This document shows, in pieces, positions 47,411 to 56,890 of a stretch of DNA of 64,000 nt. The notes under the pieces are model-generated. The model searched no databases. It was not told where the DNA came from and was given only the letters and a program-made list of their open reading frames with translations. Every line of letters begins with the position of its first letter. Position 1 is the stretch's first letter. The position numbers and the translations under genes are program-made. The DNA comes from Patescibacteria group bacterium (GTDB lineage Bacteria; Patescibacteriota; Patescibacteriia; SG8-24): the NCBI GenBank assembly GCA_041667185.1, contig JBAYFM010000001.1:32052-96051 (forward strand), written 5' to 3'.

Positions 47411-48754
47411 ATGTCAGACGCTGCTGTTACAGCCGAAAATCGCCTCCAAGGGCTGGATTATCTCTCAGAATTGCCCCAGGTCCGGCCGCACAACCACGAA
47501 ACGCGGTTGTTTCCGGATGGTTTTTTGTGGGGCAGCGCGACCTCGGCGCATCAGGTCGAGGGCGGCAATGTGCTGAACGATTGGTACGGATGGGAGAAGA
47601 TCCCCGGGCATATCGTGGACAGGACGGTTTCCGGCAAGGCTTGCGACCACTACCATCGCTACGAACAGGATTTCGATCTGGCCGCGGAGCTCGGTCAGAA
47701 CGCGCACCGCTTGTCGGTGGAATGGTCGCGGCTGGAGCCGCAGGAAGGGCAGTGGGACGTCGACGAATTCGTCCATTACCGGCGAGTGCTCGAATCGCTG
47801 AAACGCCGCGGCATGAAAGTGATGCTCACGGCCTGGCATTTCACGCTGCCGCAATGGTTCGCGGCGCGGGGCGGCTGGCAGGCGCGCGATGCCGTCCGGC
47901 TCTTCTCCAGGTTCGTCGAGAAACTGGCCGCGGAGTACGGCGATCTGGTCGACGTCTGGGTCACGATCAACGAGCCGATGGTCTACCTGTCAAATTCCTA
48001 CACCATCGGCGTCTGGCCGCCGGGCCAACGTTCCGGCTGGTCGACCTTCCGGGTCTTCCAAAAATTGGTCCAGGCGCACCGTGCGGCCTACAAGACCCTG
48101 CATCGCCGCCTCGACCGCCCCGGCCGCCGGGCGCTCGTCGGCATCTCGCAGAACGTGATCACGTTCGAGCCGTACCGCAAAGGCTCGTTGGTCGACGCAG
48201 TGTTCGTCTGGTTCGCGGACCGGGTGTTCAACCGGCAGTTCTTCATCTGGACCAAGGGGCGCCATGATTTCATTGGCATCAATTATTATTTCCATTACCG
48301 GGTCAAATACGTTCCCTGGAAGGTCTCGCAGTTCTTCTACGAGGTGCACACAGAGAACCGCAGCGTGAGCGATCTGGGCTGGGAGATCAATCAGCAGGGC
48401 ATCTTCGAGGCGATCATGAACATGGCACGCTACAAGCTGCCGATCTACATCACCGAGCACGGCGTGGCCAACGCTGACGACAGCAAGCGGCCGCGGCTCC
48501 TGGTCGCCGGCATCATGGAGATCTACCACGCGATTCGCGCCGGCGTGGATGTGCGCGGTTATTTCCACTGGTCGCTCTTGGATAATTTCGAATGGGAAAA
48601 AGGCTACTCCGGCCGTTTCGGCCTCGTGGCCATCGATTACGCTAATGGCCAACGGACGCCACGCCGCAGCGCTTACATCTATCAGGACATCTGCCGGGCG
48701 AACGGTATGCCGCATCAGCTGCTCAAGTTCACGGGGCACGGGATCAGGTGGTGA
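47411..48754 (+). CDS. Glycoside hydrolase family 1 beta-glucosidase
   Basis: FLWGSATSAHQVEGG; TINEPM (acid/base Glu); ITEHGVA (nucleophile Glu). Confidence 0.85.
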   Translation: MSDAAVTAENRLQGLDYLSELPQVRPHNHETRLFPDGFLWGSATSAHQVEGGNVLNDWYGWEKIPGHIVDRTVSGKACDHYHRYEQDFDLAAELGQNAHRLSVEWSRLEPQEGQWDVDEFVHYRRVLESLKRRGMKVMLTAWHFTLPQWFAARGGWQARDAVRLFSRFVEKLAAEYGDLVDVWVTINEPMVYLSNSYTIGVWPPGQRSGWSTFRVFQKLVQAHRAAYKTLHRRLDRPGRRALVGISQNVITFEPYRKGSLVDAVFVWFADRVFNRQFFIWTKGRHDFIGINYYFHYRVKYVPWKVSQFFYEVHTENRSVSDLGWEINQQGIFEAIMNMARYKLPIYITEHGVANADDSKRPRLLVAGIMEIYHAIRAGVDVRGYFHWSLLDNFEWEKGYSGRFGLVAIDYANGQRTPRRSAYIYQDICRANGMPHQLLKFTGHGIRW

Positions 48755-48757
48755 TGA

Positions 48758-48820
48758 AGAGACGGAGTCAGGGAGTGCTGGAGTTGCGGAGCCGTCATTT
48801 TATTTCGTGTCGTCTCTCCT
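48758..48820. repeat. R1-family repeat copy
   Basis: agagacggagtcagggagtgctggagttgcggagccgtcattttatttcgtgtcgtctctcc; terminal inverted pair gagacg / cgtctc. Confidence 0.5.
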
Positions 48821-48850
48821 TCAATCTTCGATCGATGATATAATGACCAT

Positions 48851-50197
48851 ATGAAACTGACGCTCTACGGCGCGGCGCAGGAGGTGACCGGTTCCTGCAC
48901 GCTCATCGATACCGGCCGGACGCGGGTGCTCATCGACTGCGGCCTGTTTCAAGGCGCGTCGGTGGCGCATGAACGCAATCTCGACGAGTTCAAATTCGAC
49001 CCCAAAAGCCTGGATGCCGTCATCCTGACCCACGCCCACATCGATCATATCGGCCGTTTTCCCAGACTGGTCAAAGCGGGTTTTTCTGGCCGCACTTTTG
49101 CCACGCATCCGACCAAGGCGCTGACCAAGCTCATGTGGGTCGACGCGGCCAAGGTCATGAAAGATGACGCCCGACGCCACAAGAAAGAACCGATCTATCT
49201 TCTGGATGACATCTGGCCGGCCTACGAGCTGGTCCATGGCATGCCCTATGACACCGAGATCGCCATCGCCGGTGATTTCAAGTTCCGTTTCCGCGAGGCT
49301 GGGCACATCTTCGGCTCGGCCTTCCTCGAGATCGAAGCGGCCGGCGTCCGGCTGACGGCCTCGGGCGATCTGGGCAATGATAACGTGCCGATCCTGCGGC
49401 CGACCGTCGACGCGGCGCCGTCCGATATCGTGCTGCTCGAATCCACCTATGGCGATCGGCTGCATGACGCGCCGGGCGAGCGGGTGAAGCGGCTCAAGGC
49501 GGCCATTAAGGACACCGTCAAGCGCCAGGGCACGCTGCTTGTGCCGGCTTTTTCGCTCGAACGCACGCAGGAGATCCTCTATGAGTTGAACGGCCTGGTC
49601 GAGAATCATGAAGTGCCGCGGATCCCGGTCTTCCTCGACAGTCCGCTAGCGATCAAGGTCCTGCCGATCTACCACCAGTTCTCGGAATATTACAACCGCG
49701 CGGCCAAGGAGCTCGCCAAGCGCGACAATTTCTTCGATTTCCCCGGACTCAAGGTCACCCGCAAGCCGGACGAGTCCGCCGCCATCTCTTCCGTGGCTCC
49801 GCCCAAGATCATCATCGCCGGCAGCGGCATGATGCATGGCGGGCGCATCATGCATCATCTCGTCGAGTACCTGAACAACGACCGCAACACGCTCGTGATC
49901 GTCGGCTTCCAGTCGGCTGGCACGCTCGGCCGCCAGGTCATGGAGGGCGCGAATCACGTGGTCATCGACCATGAGGAGATCATGGTCCGGGCGAAGGTCG
50001 ACATCATCGGTTCGTATTCGGCGCACGCCGATCAGGCCAAGCTGATCCGCTGGGCGACCGGCGGCAGCGCGCAGCCGAAGAGGATCCTGTTGAACCATGG
50101 CGAACTTTCCGCCATGGAGGCGCTGGCGGATATGCTCAAGGAGCGGCAGGGGATCGATGTCGCCATCCCGTCGCCGGACCAGGAGATTGAGATCTAA
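48851..50197 (+). CDS. beta-CASP family MBL-fold ribonuclease
   Basis: HAHIDHIG (HxHxDH) and a beta-CASP middle region, with C-terminal His/Asp motifs. Confidence 0.7.
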   Translation: MKLTLYGAAQEVTGSCTLIDTGRTRVLIDCGLFQGASVAHERNLDEFKFDPKSLDAVILTHAHIDHIGRFPRLVKAGFSGRTFATHPTKALTKLMWVDAAKVMKDDARRHKKEPIYLLDDIWPAYELVHGMPYDTEIAIAGDFKFRFREAGHIFGSAFLEIEAAGVRLTASGDLGNDNVPILRPTVDAAPSDIVLLESTYGDRLHDAPGERVKRLKAAIKDTVKRQGTLLVPAFSLERTQEILYELNGLVENHEVPRIPVFLDSPLAIKVLPIYHQFSEYYNRAAKELAKRDNFFDFPGLKVTRKPDESAAISSVAPPKIIIAGSGMMHGGRIMHHLVEYLNNDRNTLVIVGFQSAGTLGRQVMEGANHVVIDHEEIMVRAKVDIIGSYSAHADQAKLIRWATGGSAQPKRILLNHGELSAMEALADMLKERQGIDVAIPSPDQEIEI

Positions 50198-50607
50198 TGG
50201 GAATACGTATGAAGTTAAAAAAGATCTCGTATTCAAAATTGAATTCAAGGCAGCGAGAAAATTATAATTTTCAAAAAATTGCCGCGAAATTGGCGGATTA
50301 TGGGTTCAATGCAGTTCGGTTGAGCGATGACTGGCAGGGCGCAGATGCTGTGGCTATCCATGTCGACCAAAAAACTTTTTTGAAAGTCCAGGTTAAGGGT
50401 AGATTTTCGTTCGACAAAAAATATATCGGTAAAAATATCTGGATAGCATTTCATGATAAGGACACAGACACGTATTATCTTTATAATCATGACCGTTTGC
50501 TTAAGAAGCTCCCCGATGTTTTTCGTTATGTGAGTAGGAAAGGGAGTCGAAATACGCCGCATATTTCCGCGGAACATAGACGGGTGTTGGAAGAGTATAA
50601 ATTTTGA
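50197..50607 (+). CDS. Small AT-rich PD-(D/E)xK-fold (UPF0102/YraN-like) nuclease-like protein
   Basis: GADAVAIHVDQKTFLKVQVKGRFS resembles the YraN core GEIDLI..D..LVFVEVKTRRS, with Q in place of the catalytic E. The start overlaps the upstream stop (TAATG). Lys-rich and visibly AT-rich. Confidence 0.4.
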   Translation: MGIRMKLKKISYSKLNSRQRENYNFQKIAAKLADYGFNAVRLSDDWQGADAVAIHVDQKTFLKVQVKGRFSFDKKYIGKNIWIAFHDKDTDTYYLYNHDRLLKKLPDVFRYVSRKGSRNTPHISAEHRRVLEEYKF

Positions 50608-50662
50608 GCGAATCAAGAAAAAAGCCGTCCCGGAGCCGGGGCGGCTTTTTTGCGCGAGCGCG

Positions 50663-51508
50663 TCAGGATTTCAGCGCGGCGTCGATGACGTCGGCGATGG
50701 CCTGATCGCGGCGAATCTGGAGTTCGACTTGCTTTTTCGAGATCAGCACCAACGCATCGGCAGCCTTTTGGCGGATCTCGGCGAGGCCTGAGCCGGCTTC
50801 AGCGAGCCGGTTCAGGTTCAGGAGGCTCAGGAAGTCGAAGTTGCCGTTGAGACTGAGATCGAAGATCAGATCGAGCGTGTCGTCCGGGAGGGTCAGTTCG
50901 ACCTCGATCTTGGCGGCCGTGTCGGCCAGATCGCGGTACTTGTCCAGTTCTTCCTGGAAGTGGCGCAGTCGGCGGTTGACCCGCTGGATCGCTTTCTTGG
51001 CTTCCTCGGTCTCGATATGAGAGAGGGCGCTGACCATCTTGCTCTTCGAGAACAGATCGAACGTCTCGCAATTCGAGGCTTTGTCGACCTCTCGCACGGC
51101 CGTGCTGATGGCGTGGAGCAGACTCTCGGCTGTTGTCGCAGCGTTTGTCGCCAGGATATGGGCGGCGTTCAGACGGGCGAAGTCCGGATCTGTTTTGGCG
51201 AGGTGGTCGATTGCCGCTTTTTTGGCCAGTTCAGCCGCGGTCTCGATCTCTTGCGTGTAGCGCAGAGCGAGTTTGTCGGTCTCGACGGCCTCCGCGACGG
51301 TCCGCTGATAGTCCGCGGTCAACCCTCTGTTGCCGCCGAACCAGCCGGCCAGATACTTCTCGCGAAAACCCATCTTCGAGCGCAGTGCGTCGAGTTCGTT
51401 CTTCAGGCGCGAGCGGTGGCCTTCAGCGCGTTTGAGTTTGCGGCGATATTCTTTTTGGGCGTCGGTCAGCTCCCAGATCCGGCGGCAGAAATCAGCTGTG
51501 AATTCCAT
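50663..51508 (-). CDS. Hypothetical coiled-coil protein
   Basis: AAGGAGG lies 5 nt before ATG 51508. Predicted helical protein; no family assignable. Confidence 0.4.
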   Translation of the reverse strand: MEFTADFCRRIWELTDAQKEYRRKLKRAEGHRSRLKNELDALRSKMGFREKYLAGWFGGNRGLTADYQRTVAEAVETDKLALRYTQEIETAAELAKKAAIDHLAKTDPDFARLNAAHILATNAATTAESLLHAISTAVREVDKASNCETFDLFSKSKMVSALSHIETEEAKKAIQRVNRRLRHFQEELDKYRDLADTAAKIEVELTLPDDTLDLIFDLSLNGNFDFLSLLNLNRLAEAGSGLAEIRQKAADALVLISKKQVELQIRRDQAIADVIDAALKS

Positions 51509-51778
51509 CGGTCGCCTCCTTGGCAAAGAGCGTCGGGATTCGGACAGAAAATCCGGATACCGCAGGATATCGCGCCCGGGGCGTAGTGTCAATTTCGCGC
51601 AGCCGCCGGTCGTAAACACTGAAGAGGGACGCACATCAACAAAAAAATGGCTTATTTCAGCGCCGCCATTTCAACCCCGGGACAGTCCCCAAATTGACAG
51701 ATAGCTCGCGAATGGTTAACGTCGTCCCAGTGGTTCTTTAGAAAATCCGATCCCCATCACCGAACAGGAGACAGAGCC

Positions 51779-53812
51779 ATGGCCGAAAAAGAGAACGCCG
51801 AGATCGAGGCTACTGATCCCTATCGCTGGCTCGAAGATAACGCGACACCGCGGGTTCAGGACTGGCTGAAGGCGCAACAAGAACGGACCGAGGAATATTT
51901 CCGCCAGCTGCCGATGAGAGATGGTCTGCGCGAGCGGTTCCGGCAATTGTTCGCGCTGGACACGGTCGGTATGCCGTACCCGTATCAGGGACGCTATTTC
52001 ACGACCAGACGTTCCGCTGGCCAGGACATGCATGTCCTGTATGTCCAGGACGGTCTGACCGGCGAGCCGCGCGTCGTGCTCGATCCGCATACCTTCTCAG
52101 CCGATAAGTCCGTGACCTTGTCGAGCTGGGCGCCGTCACCCGACGGCGGCTTGCTCGTTTACGGTCTGTCACAGGCCGGCAATGACAAACGGTCCCTGCA
52201 CGTCCTGAACGTGCTGACCGGCGAGAAGTTCGCGGACACGATTCCTGATGACTTCTATCCGGCTTTCAGCGCTTGGAACGTCGATGGCACCGGTTTCTGG
52301 TATGCGAAACACGACCCCCGCGCGTCCATGGAAGAAGCCAAGCTTCATAAGCGGCTCTATTACCACGCGCTGGGCACCGCCTGGCCGGACGATCCGGTCG
52401 TCTTCGGCGAAGGCCGCGACAAGGAAGATATGGTCAGCGGTGGTCCGACCGAAGACGGTCATTATTTCTTGGTCACGGTCTACGGCCAAGATAAGGAGGC
52501 TGGCCGCGAATGGAACGAGGTTTGGCTGCGCGATCTGCGGGCTTCTGACGGTGCTTTCACACGCATCGTCGATCGTCGTCCCGGAACGTATTGCACGGTC
52601 TCGATCCATCGCGACCGGCTGTACTTCCTCTCCAACCAGGACGCGCCGCGCTGGCGGATCCTGGAACTGGAGATCGAAGCGGCCTTGGCTGGCGGTACCG
52701 CGCCGCGCGTCCTCATCCCCGAGGGCGCGGGCGTTATCGAGTCCCACGCCCTCGTCGGCGACAAGCTGTTCGTCGGCACGCTCGAGGACGTCCATACGGT
52801 CCTGCGCCAGTACGATCTCGGCGGCCGATTCGTGCGGGAAGTGGCGCTGCCTACGCTCGGCAGCGTCGGTGGTTTCGCTTACGAAGAGGAAGGTGAAGAG
52901 TTGTTCTTCGACTTCGATTCGTTCGCGGTGCCGCCCACGATCTATCGGCTCGATCTCCGGACGGACGGCCTCGCGGTCTTCGCCCGGGCCGAAGCCGGAT
53001 TCGACACTTCGCGCCTGGTCACGGAACAGGTCTGGTATCCGTCTGGTGACGGCACCCGTATCCCGATGTTCCTGATCCATGAGCAAGGACTCGCGCGCGA
53101 TGGCGACCGGCCGACGGTGCTTTGTGGTTATGGCGGGTTCGACATCAGTCTGACCCCGTCGTTCATGAAGAGTGTCGTGCCGTTCCTGGAGCATGGCGGC
53201 GTCTATGCCATCGCCAACCTGCGGGGCGGCGGCGAGTTCGGTGCTGCCTGGCACGAGGCTGGCATGAAGAAGAACAAGCAGAACGTGTTCGATGATTTCG
53301 CCGCGGCCGCGCGGTGGCTCATCGACTCGGGTTACACGCGGCGCGAGCGCCTCGCCATCGAGGGCGGCAGCAACGGCGGCCTGCTCACCATGGCGACCAT
53401 CACGCAGCACCCGGATCTAGTGGCGGCAGCGATCGCTCAGGTGCCGGTCACTGACATGCTCCGCTACCACCTGTTCTTCGGGGGCGTGTACTGGATCCCG
53501 GACTACGGCGATCCCGATGATCCGGACATGCGGCAGTATCTGCTGACGTACAGTCCGTATCACAACGTGCGCGACGGCGAGAAATATCCCGCCACGCTCA
53601 TCTCGACCTCGGATAACGACGATCGCGTCCATCCGATGCATTCGTACAAGATGGCCGCGCGTCTCCAGGAAGCGAACGCTTCGGAGGGCCCGATCTATTT
53701 GCGGGTCGAACTCAAAGCCGGGCATGGCGGCGCCAGCGCCGTCTCCAAGTATGTGGAGCAGGCCGCGGACGAATGGAGTTTCATCTTCGACCGGCTCGGC
53801 ATCAAGTGGTGA
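51779..53812 (+). CDS. Prolyl oligopeptidase (S9A)
   Basis: N-terminal beta-propeller and C-terminal alpha/beta-hydrolase domain with GGSNGGLL (catalytic Ser) plus the Asp/His region. Confidence 0.85.
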   Translation: MAEKENAEIEATDPYRWLEDNATPRVQDWLKAQQERTEEYFRQLPMRDGLRERFRQLFALDTVGMPYPYQGRYFTTRRSAGQDMHVLYVQDGLTGEPRVVLDPHTFSADKSVTLSSWAPSPDGGLLVYGLSQAGNDKRSLHVLNVLTGEKFADTIPDDFYPAFSAWNVDGTGFWYAKHDPRASMEEAKLHKRLYYHALGTAWPDDPVVFGEGRDKEDMVSGGPTEDGHYFLVTVYGQDKEAGREWNEVWLRDLRASDGAFTRIVDRRPGTYCTVSIHRDRLYFLSNQDAPRWRILELEIEAALAGGTAPRVLIPEGAGVIESHALVGDKLFVGTLEDVHTVLRQYDLGGRFVREVALPTLGSVGGFAYEEEGEELFFDFDSFAVPPTIYRLDLRTDGLAVFARAEAGFDTSRLVTEQVWYPSGDGTRIPMFLIHEQGLARDGDRPTVLCGYGGFDISLTPSFMKSVVPFLEHGGVYAIANLRGGGEFGAAWHEAGMKKNKQNVFDDFAAAARWLIDSGYTRRERLAIEGGSNGGLLTMATITQHPDLVAAAIAQVPVTDMLRYHLFFGGVYWIPDYGDPDDPDMRQYLLTYSPYHNVRDGEKYPATLISTSDNDDRVHPMHSYKMAARLQEANASEGPIYLRVELKAGHGGASAVSKYVEQAADEWSFIFDRLGIKW

Positions 53813-53979
53813 CAGTCGGCCACCAGGGCGGTCCTCTCGGACCGCTCTTTTTTGTTGCGCGGGAGCGGTAACAGGTTGACCGGTCGGTTGCGCTGTGTTA
53901 ACCTCACTCTCCGGACATAAGAATAGCGGCTCCGTCGACCCCCTAGTGCGCCAAGGCAGGGGGCCTTTGGGCATATCAT

Positions 53980-56061
53980 ATGGATTTCAAGTTAAGTTCG
54001 AAATACCAGCCTGCGGGCGATCAGCCTGAGGCCATCGAACAGCTCACGCGCGGCGTTGGCGCGGGTTTGCGTTACCAGACGCTTCTTGGCGTGACCGGTT
54101 CCGGCAAGACCTTCACCATGGCGAACGTCATCGCCCGGTCCGCCCGTCCGGCGCTCGTCATCGCTCATAATAAAACGCTCGCGGCCCAGCTCTGCAACGA
54201 GTTCCGCCAGTATTTCCCGAAGAACGCCGTCGAATATTTCGTCTCTTACTACGACTACTATCAGCCGGAGGCCTACTTGCCGACGTCCGACACTTACATC
54301 GAGAAAGAGGCGATGATCAATCAGGAGATCGATCGGTTGCGGCACGCCGCCACGCAGGCGCTTTTGACGCGCCGCGATGTCATCATCGTCGCGTCCGTAT
54401 CCTGCATCTACGGCCTCGGCGCGCCGGAGGTCTATAAGAAAATGCACGTGCGGCTGGAGATCGGGATGGAACTCGACCGCGCCGGACTCCTGCGCCACCT
54501 CGTTCAGACCCAGTTCGAGCGGACGACCTCGGACTTGAAGCGCGGCTCGTTCCGGTCGCGCGGCGACGTCGTCGAGATTATGCCGGCGAGCGAAGAGATC
54601 ATTGTCCGCGTCGAGCTGAAGCGCGGCCGCGTCGACGCCATCCTGATCATCGATCCGGTCACGCGCAAACAGCGCGAGCGGGCCAAGGAATACTGGATCT
54701 TCCCGGCCAAGCATTTCATCACTTCCGGACCGGAGCGCGAGCGGGCGATTCAGGCTATCCGCGCCGAGCTCAAGGAGCGACTCGCGGTGTTCGAGAAAGA
54801 TGGGAAGCTGCTTGAAGCCGAGCGGTTGGAGCGGCGCACGAATTTCGATCTGGCGATGCTGGCCGAGGTCGGTTATTGCCACGGCATCGAGAATTATTCG
54901 CGGCCCTTGTCCGGCCGCGCTCCCGGTTCGCCGCCGGAAACGTTGCTGGATTATTTTCCCGAAGACCTGCTCGTCTTCATCGACGAGTCGCATGTGACCG
55001 TGCCGCAGCTCGCGGGCATGTCCAATGGCGACCAGGCCCGCAAGAAGACCCTGATCGAATACGGTTTCCGGCTGCCGTCGGCGGCTGACAATCGTCCGCT
55101 GCGTTATGAAGAGTTCGCGGCACGCATCCCGCAGACCGTTTACGTGTCGGCTACTCCGGGCGATCACGAGCGCCGGGTTTCCGCGGCTGTCGTCGAACAG
55201 GTCATCCGGCCGACCGGCCTCATCGATCCGCTCGTGACCATCCGTCCGGTCACGGCGCAAGGGGATGCGCCCGGCCAGATCGACGACCTCATCAGCCGCA
55301 TCGAAGAGCGGGTGAAGAAACATGAGCGCGTGCTCGTCACGACGCTCACGAAGAAAATGGCCGAGGACCTGACCGAATATCTGAAGGACAAGAAGATCAA
55401 GACCAGCTATCTCCACAGCGACATCGTCACCATCGATCGCGTGAAGATCCTGACCGAGTTCCGCCGCGGCGTCTTCGATGTGCTCGTGGGCGTGAACCTG
55501 CTGCGCGAAGGCCTCGATCTGCCGGAGGTGACGCTGGTCGGCATCCTCGACGCCGACAAGGAAGGCTTCCTCCGGAGCGACACCTCGCTCATCCAGACCA
55601 TCGGCCGCGCGGCCCGGAACGTGAACGGCGAGGTCGTGCTCTACGCCGACGAGATCACCGGTTCGATCGGGCGCGCGGTGGCCGAGACTGATCGCCGCCG
55701 CGCCAAACAGCTGGCTTATAACGCCGCGCATGGCATCACGCCGCGGACGATCAAGAAAGCCGTGCACGACATCATGGGCGAACTGGCCAGGAAAGACGAG
55801 AAACTGGCGAAACAGATCCTGGAGATCGAGGCGGCGCCGGAGGATCGGCCGCTCGCGGAGATCATCGAAGAGAAGGAGAAACAGATGCGCGCCGCGGCCA
55901 AGGATCTGGAGTTCGAGCTGGCGGCCGTGTTGCGCGACGAGCTGAAAGAATTGCGGAAGATTTTTGAGAAAGGCGGAGGGCGCGGAACCGACACTGGTTC
56001 TTTGCCGCGCCGGAAGTCCCGGCGGGCGGCAGCGTATCCCGCTCATAGGGGCAGGCGGTAA
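53980..56061 (+). CDS. uvrB: Excinuclease ABC subunit B
   Basis: GVTGSGKTF; helicase motifs; the YxxYYQPE beta-hairpin region; C-terminal UVR domain ([10 protein letters not shown]). Confidence 0.9.
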   Translation: MDFKLSSKYQPAGDQPEAIEQLTRGVGAGLRYQTLLGVTGSGKTFTMANVIARSARPALVIAHNKTLAAQLCNEFRQYFPKNAVEYFVSYYDYYQPEAYLPTSDTYIEKEAMINQEIDRLRHAATQALLTRRDVIIVASVSCIYGLGAPEVYKKMHVRLEIGMELDRAGLLRHLVQTQFERTTSDLKRGSFRSRGDVVEIMPASEEIIVRVELKRGRVDAILIIDPVTRKQRERAKEYWIFPAKHFITSGPERERAIQAIRAELKERLAVFEKDGKLLEAERLERRTNFDLAMLAEVGYCHGIENYSRPLSGRAPGSPPETLLDYFPEDLLVFIDESHVTVPQLAGMSNGDQARKKTLIEYGFRLPSAADNRPLRYEEFAARIPQTVYVSATPGDHERRVSAAVVEQVIRPTGLIDPLVTIRPVTAQGDAPGQIDDLISRIEERVKKHERVLVTTLTKKMAEDLTEYLKDKKIKTSYLHSDIVTIDRVKILTEFRRGVFDVLVGVNLLREGLDLPEVTLVGILDADKEGFLRSDTSLIQTIGRAARNVNGEVVLYADEITGSIGRAVAETDRRRAKQLAYNAAHGITPRTIKKAVHDIMGELARKDEKLAKQILEIEAAPEDRPLAEIIEEKEKQMRAAAKDLEFELAAVLRDELKELRKIFEKGGGRGTDTGSLPRRKSRRAAAYPAHRGRR

Positions 56062-56169
56062 GCCGGAGGCGTTCCTTTCATCAGACGACGGAAAAGCACA
56101 TGCGTTCGCCGCCTCGCGGAAGAAAAAGAAAACCCCGCCAAAAAGGCGGGGCAAGACTTGAGTTGTCGG

Positions 56170-56367
56170 CTATCCAGCGAACAGCCACTCGATCTGGAGA
56201 TCGGTCAGGCCGCGGTGCCGGAGTTCGGTGCGGATAGACCTGGATTCGATCAGCATCTGGCGGACGCCGTCGACGGTCCACTCTCCGGATTCGAAGGTCC
56301 GTTGCAGGTCCTTCAGCCGGACGATGAGTTCCCTCGCCGTCAGTTTGCGCAGGTCGGGATCAGTCAC
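56170..56367 (-). CDS. Small hypothetical protein (65 aa), translationally coupled to the upstream gene
   Basis: ORF 56170..56367(-). Its start overlaps the stop of the 134-aa gene by 8 nt. A terminator lies downstream on the minus strand (ccccgcctttttggcgggg plus T-run). Confidence 0.3.
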   Translation of the reverse strand: MTDPDLRKLTARELIVRLKDLQRTFESGEWTVDGVRQMLIESRSIRTELRHRGLTDLQIEWLFAG

Positions 56368-56764
56368 GGGTCTTCGTCTTTCTGCCGGCGGAAACCAGCG
56401 GTTCGGCGGCGAGCAGATTGTCGAGATCGAGAGCGATCACCCGGAAGACGCGGGCGGAATCCATCGACAATTGGCCGTCCGCGACGAGCGCCGCCTCCAT
56501 GAATTCGTTGAGGCGCGCGACATCTTCGCTGATCTGCCGCAGGATGCTCTCGCGCGAGATGCCGGTCCGCGGTTCGTCGTCGGCCAACGGTTCGTCCAGG
56601 TCGCAGCGGCGACCGATGATCCGGCGGGCTTCCCGCAGCCGTTCGGCGATGCCGGCGAAGTCGGCCCGGCGCGTTTCCTCGAGTTCGGCCTGGGCGGCGT
56701 AGAAGTGGTTGATCACGTCAGTGGCGATTCCCAGCATCAGCTGCTTCTCCAAGGTTTTCACCAT
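56360..56764 (-). CDS. Hypothetical protein (134 aa)
   Basis: AAGGAG lies 7 nt before ATG 56764. No assignable family. Confidence 0.4.
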   Translation of the reverse strand: MVKTLEKQLMLGIATDVINHFYAAQAELEETRRADFAGIAERLREARRIIGRRCDLDEPLADDEPRTGISRESILRQISEDVARLNEFMEAALVADGQLSMDSARVFRVIALDLDNLLAAEPLVSAGRKTKTRD

Positions 56765-56890
56765 CGTTCACTCCTTTGTTTTTGCAAGGAACATTATCGC
56801 CCGGTTACCCGGTCGAACGGACTATACTACCCTAACTGGCAAAAAAATGCAAGACTCCGCTGCCGGTCCGGCCGGTTTCTGACCAAACTT

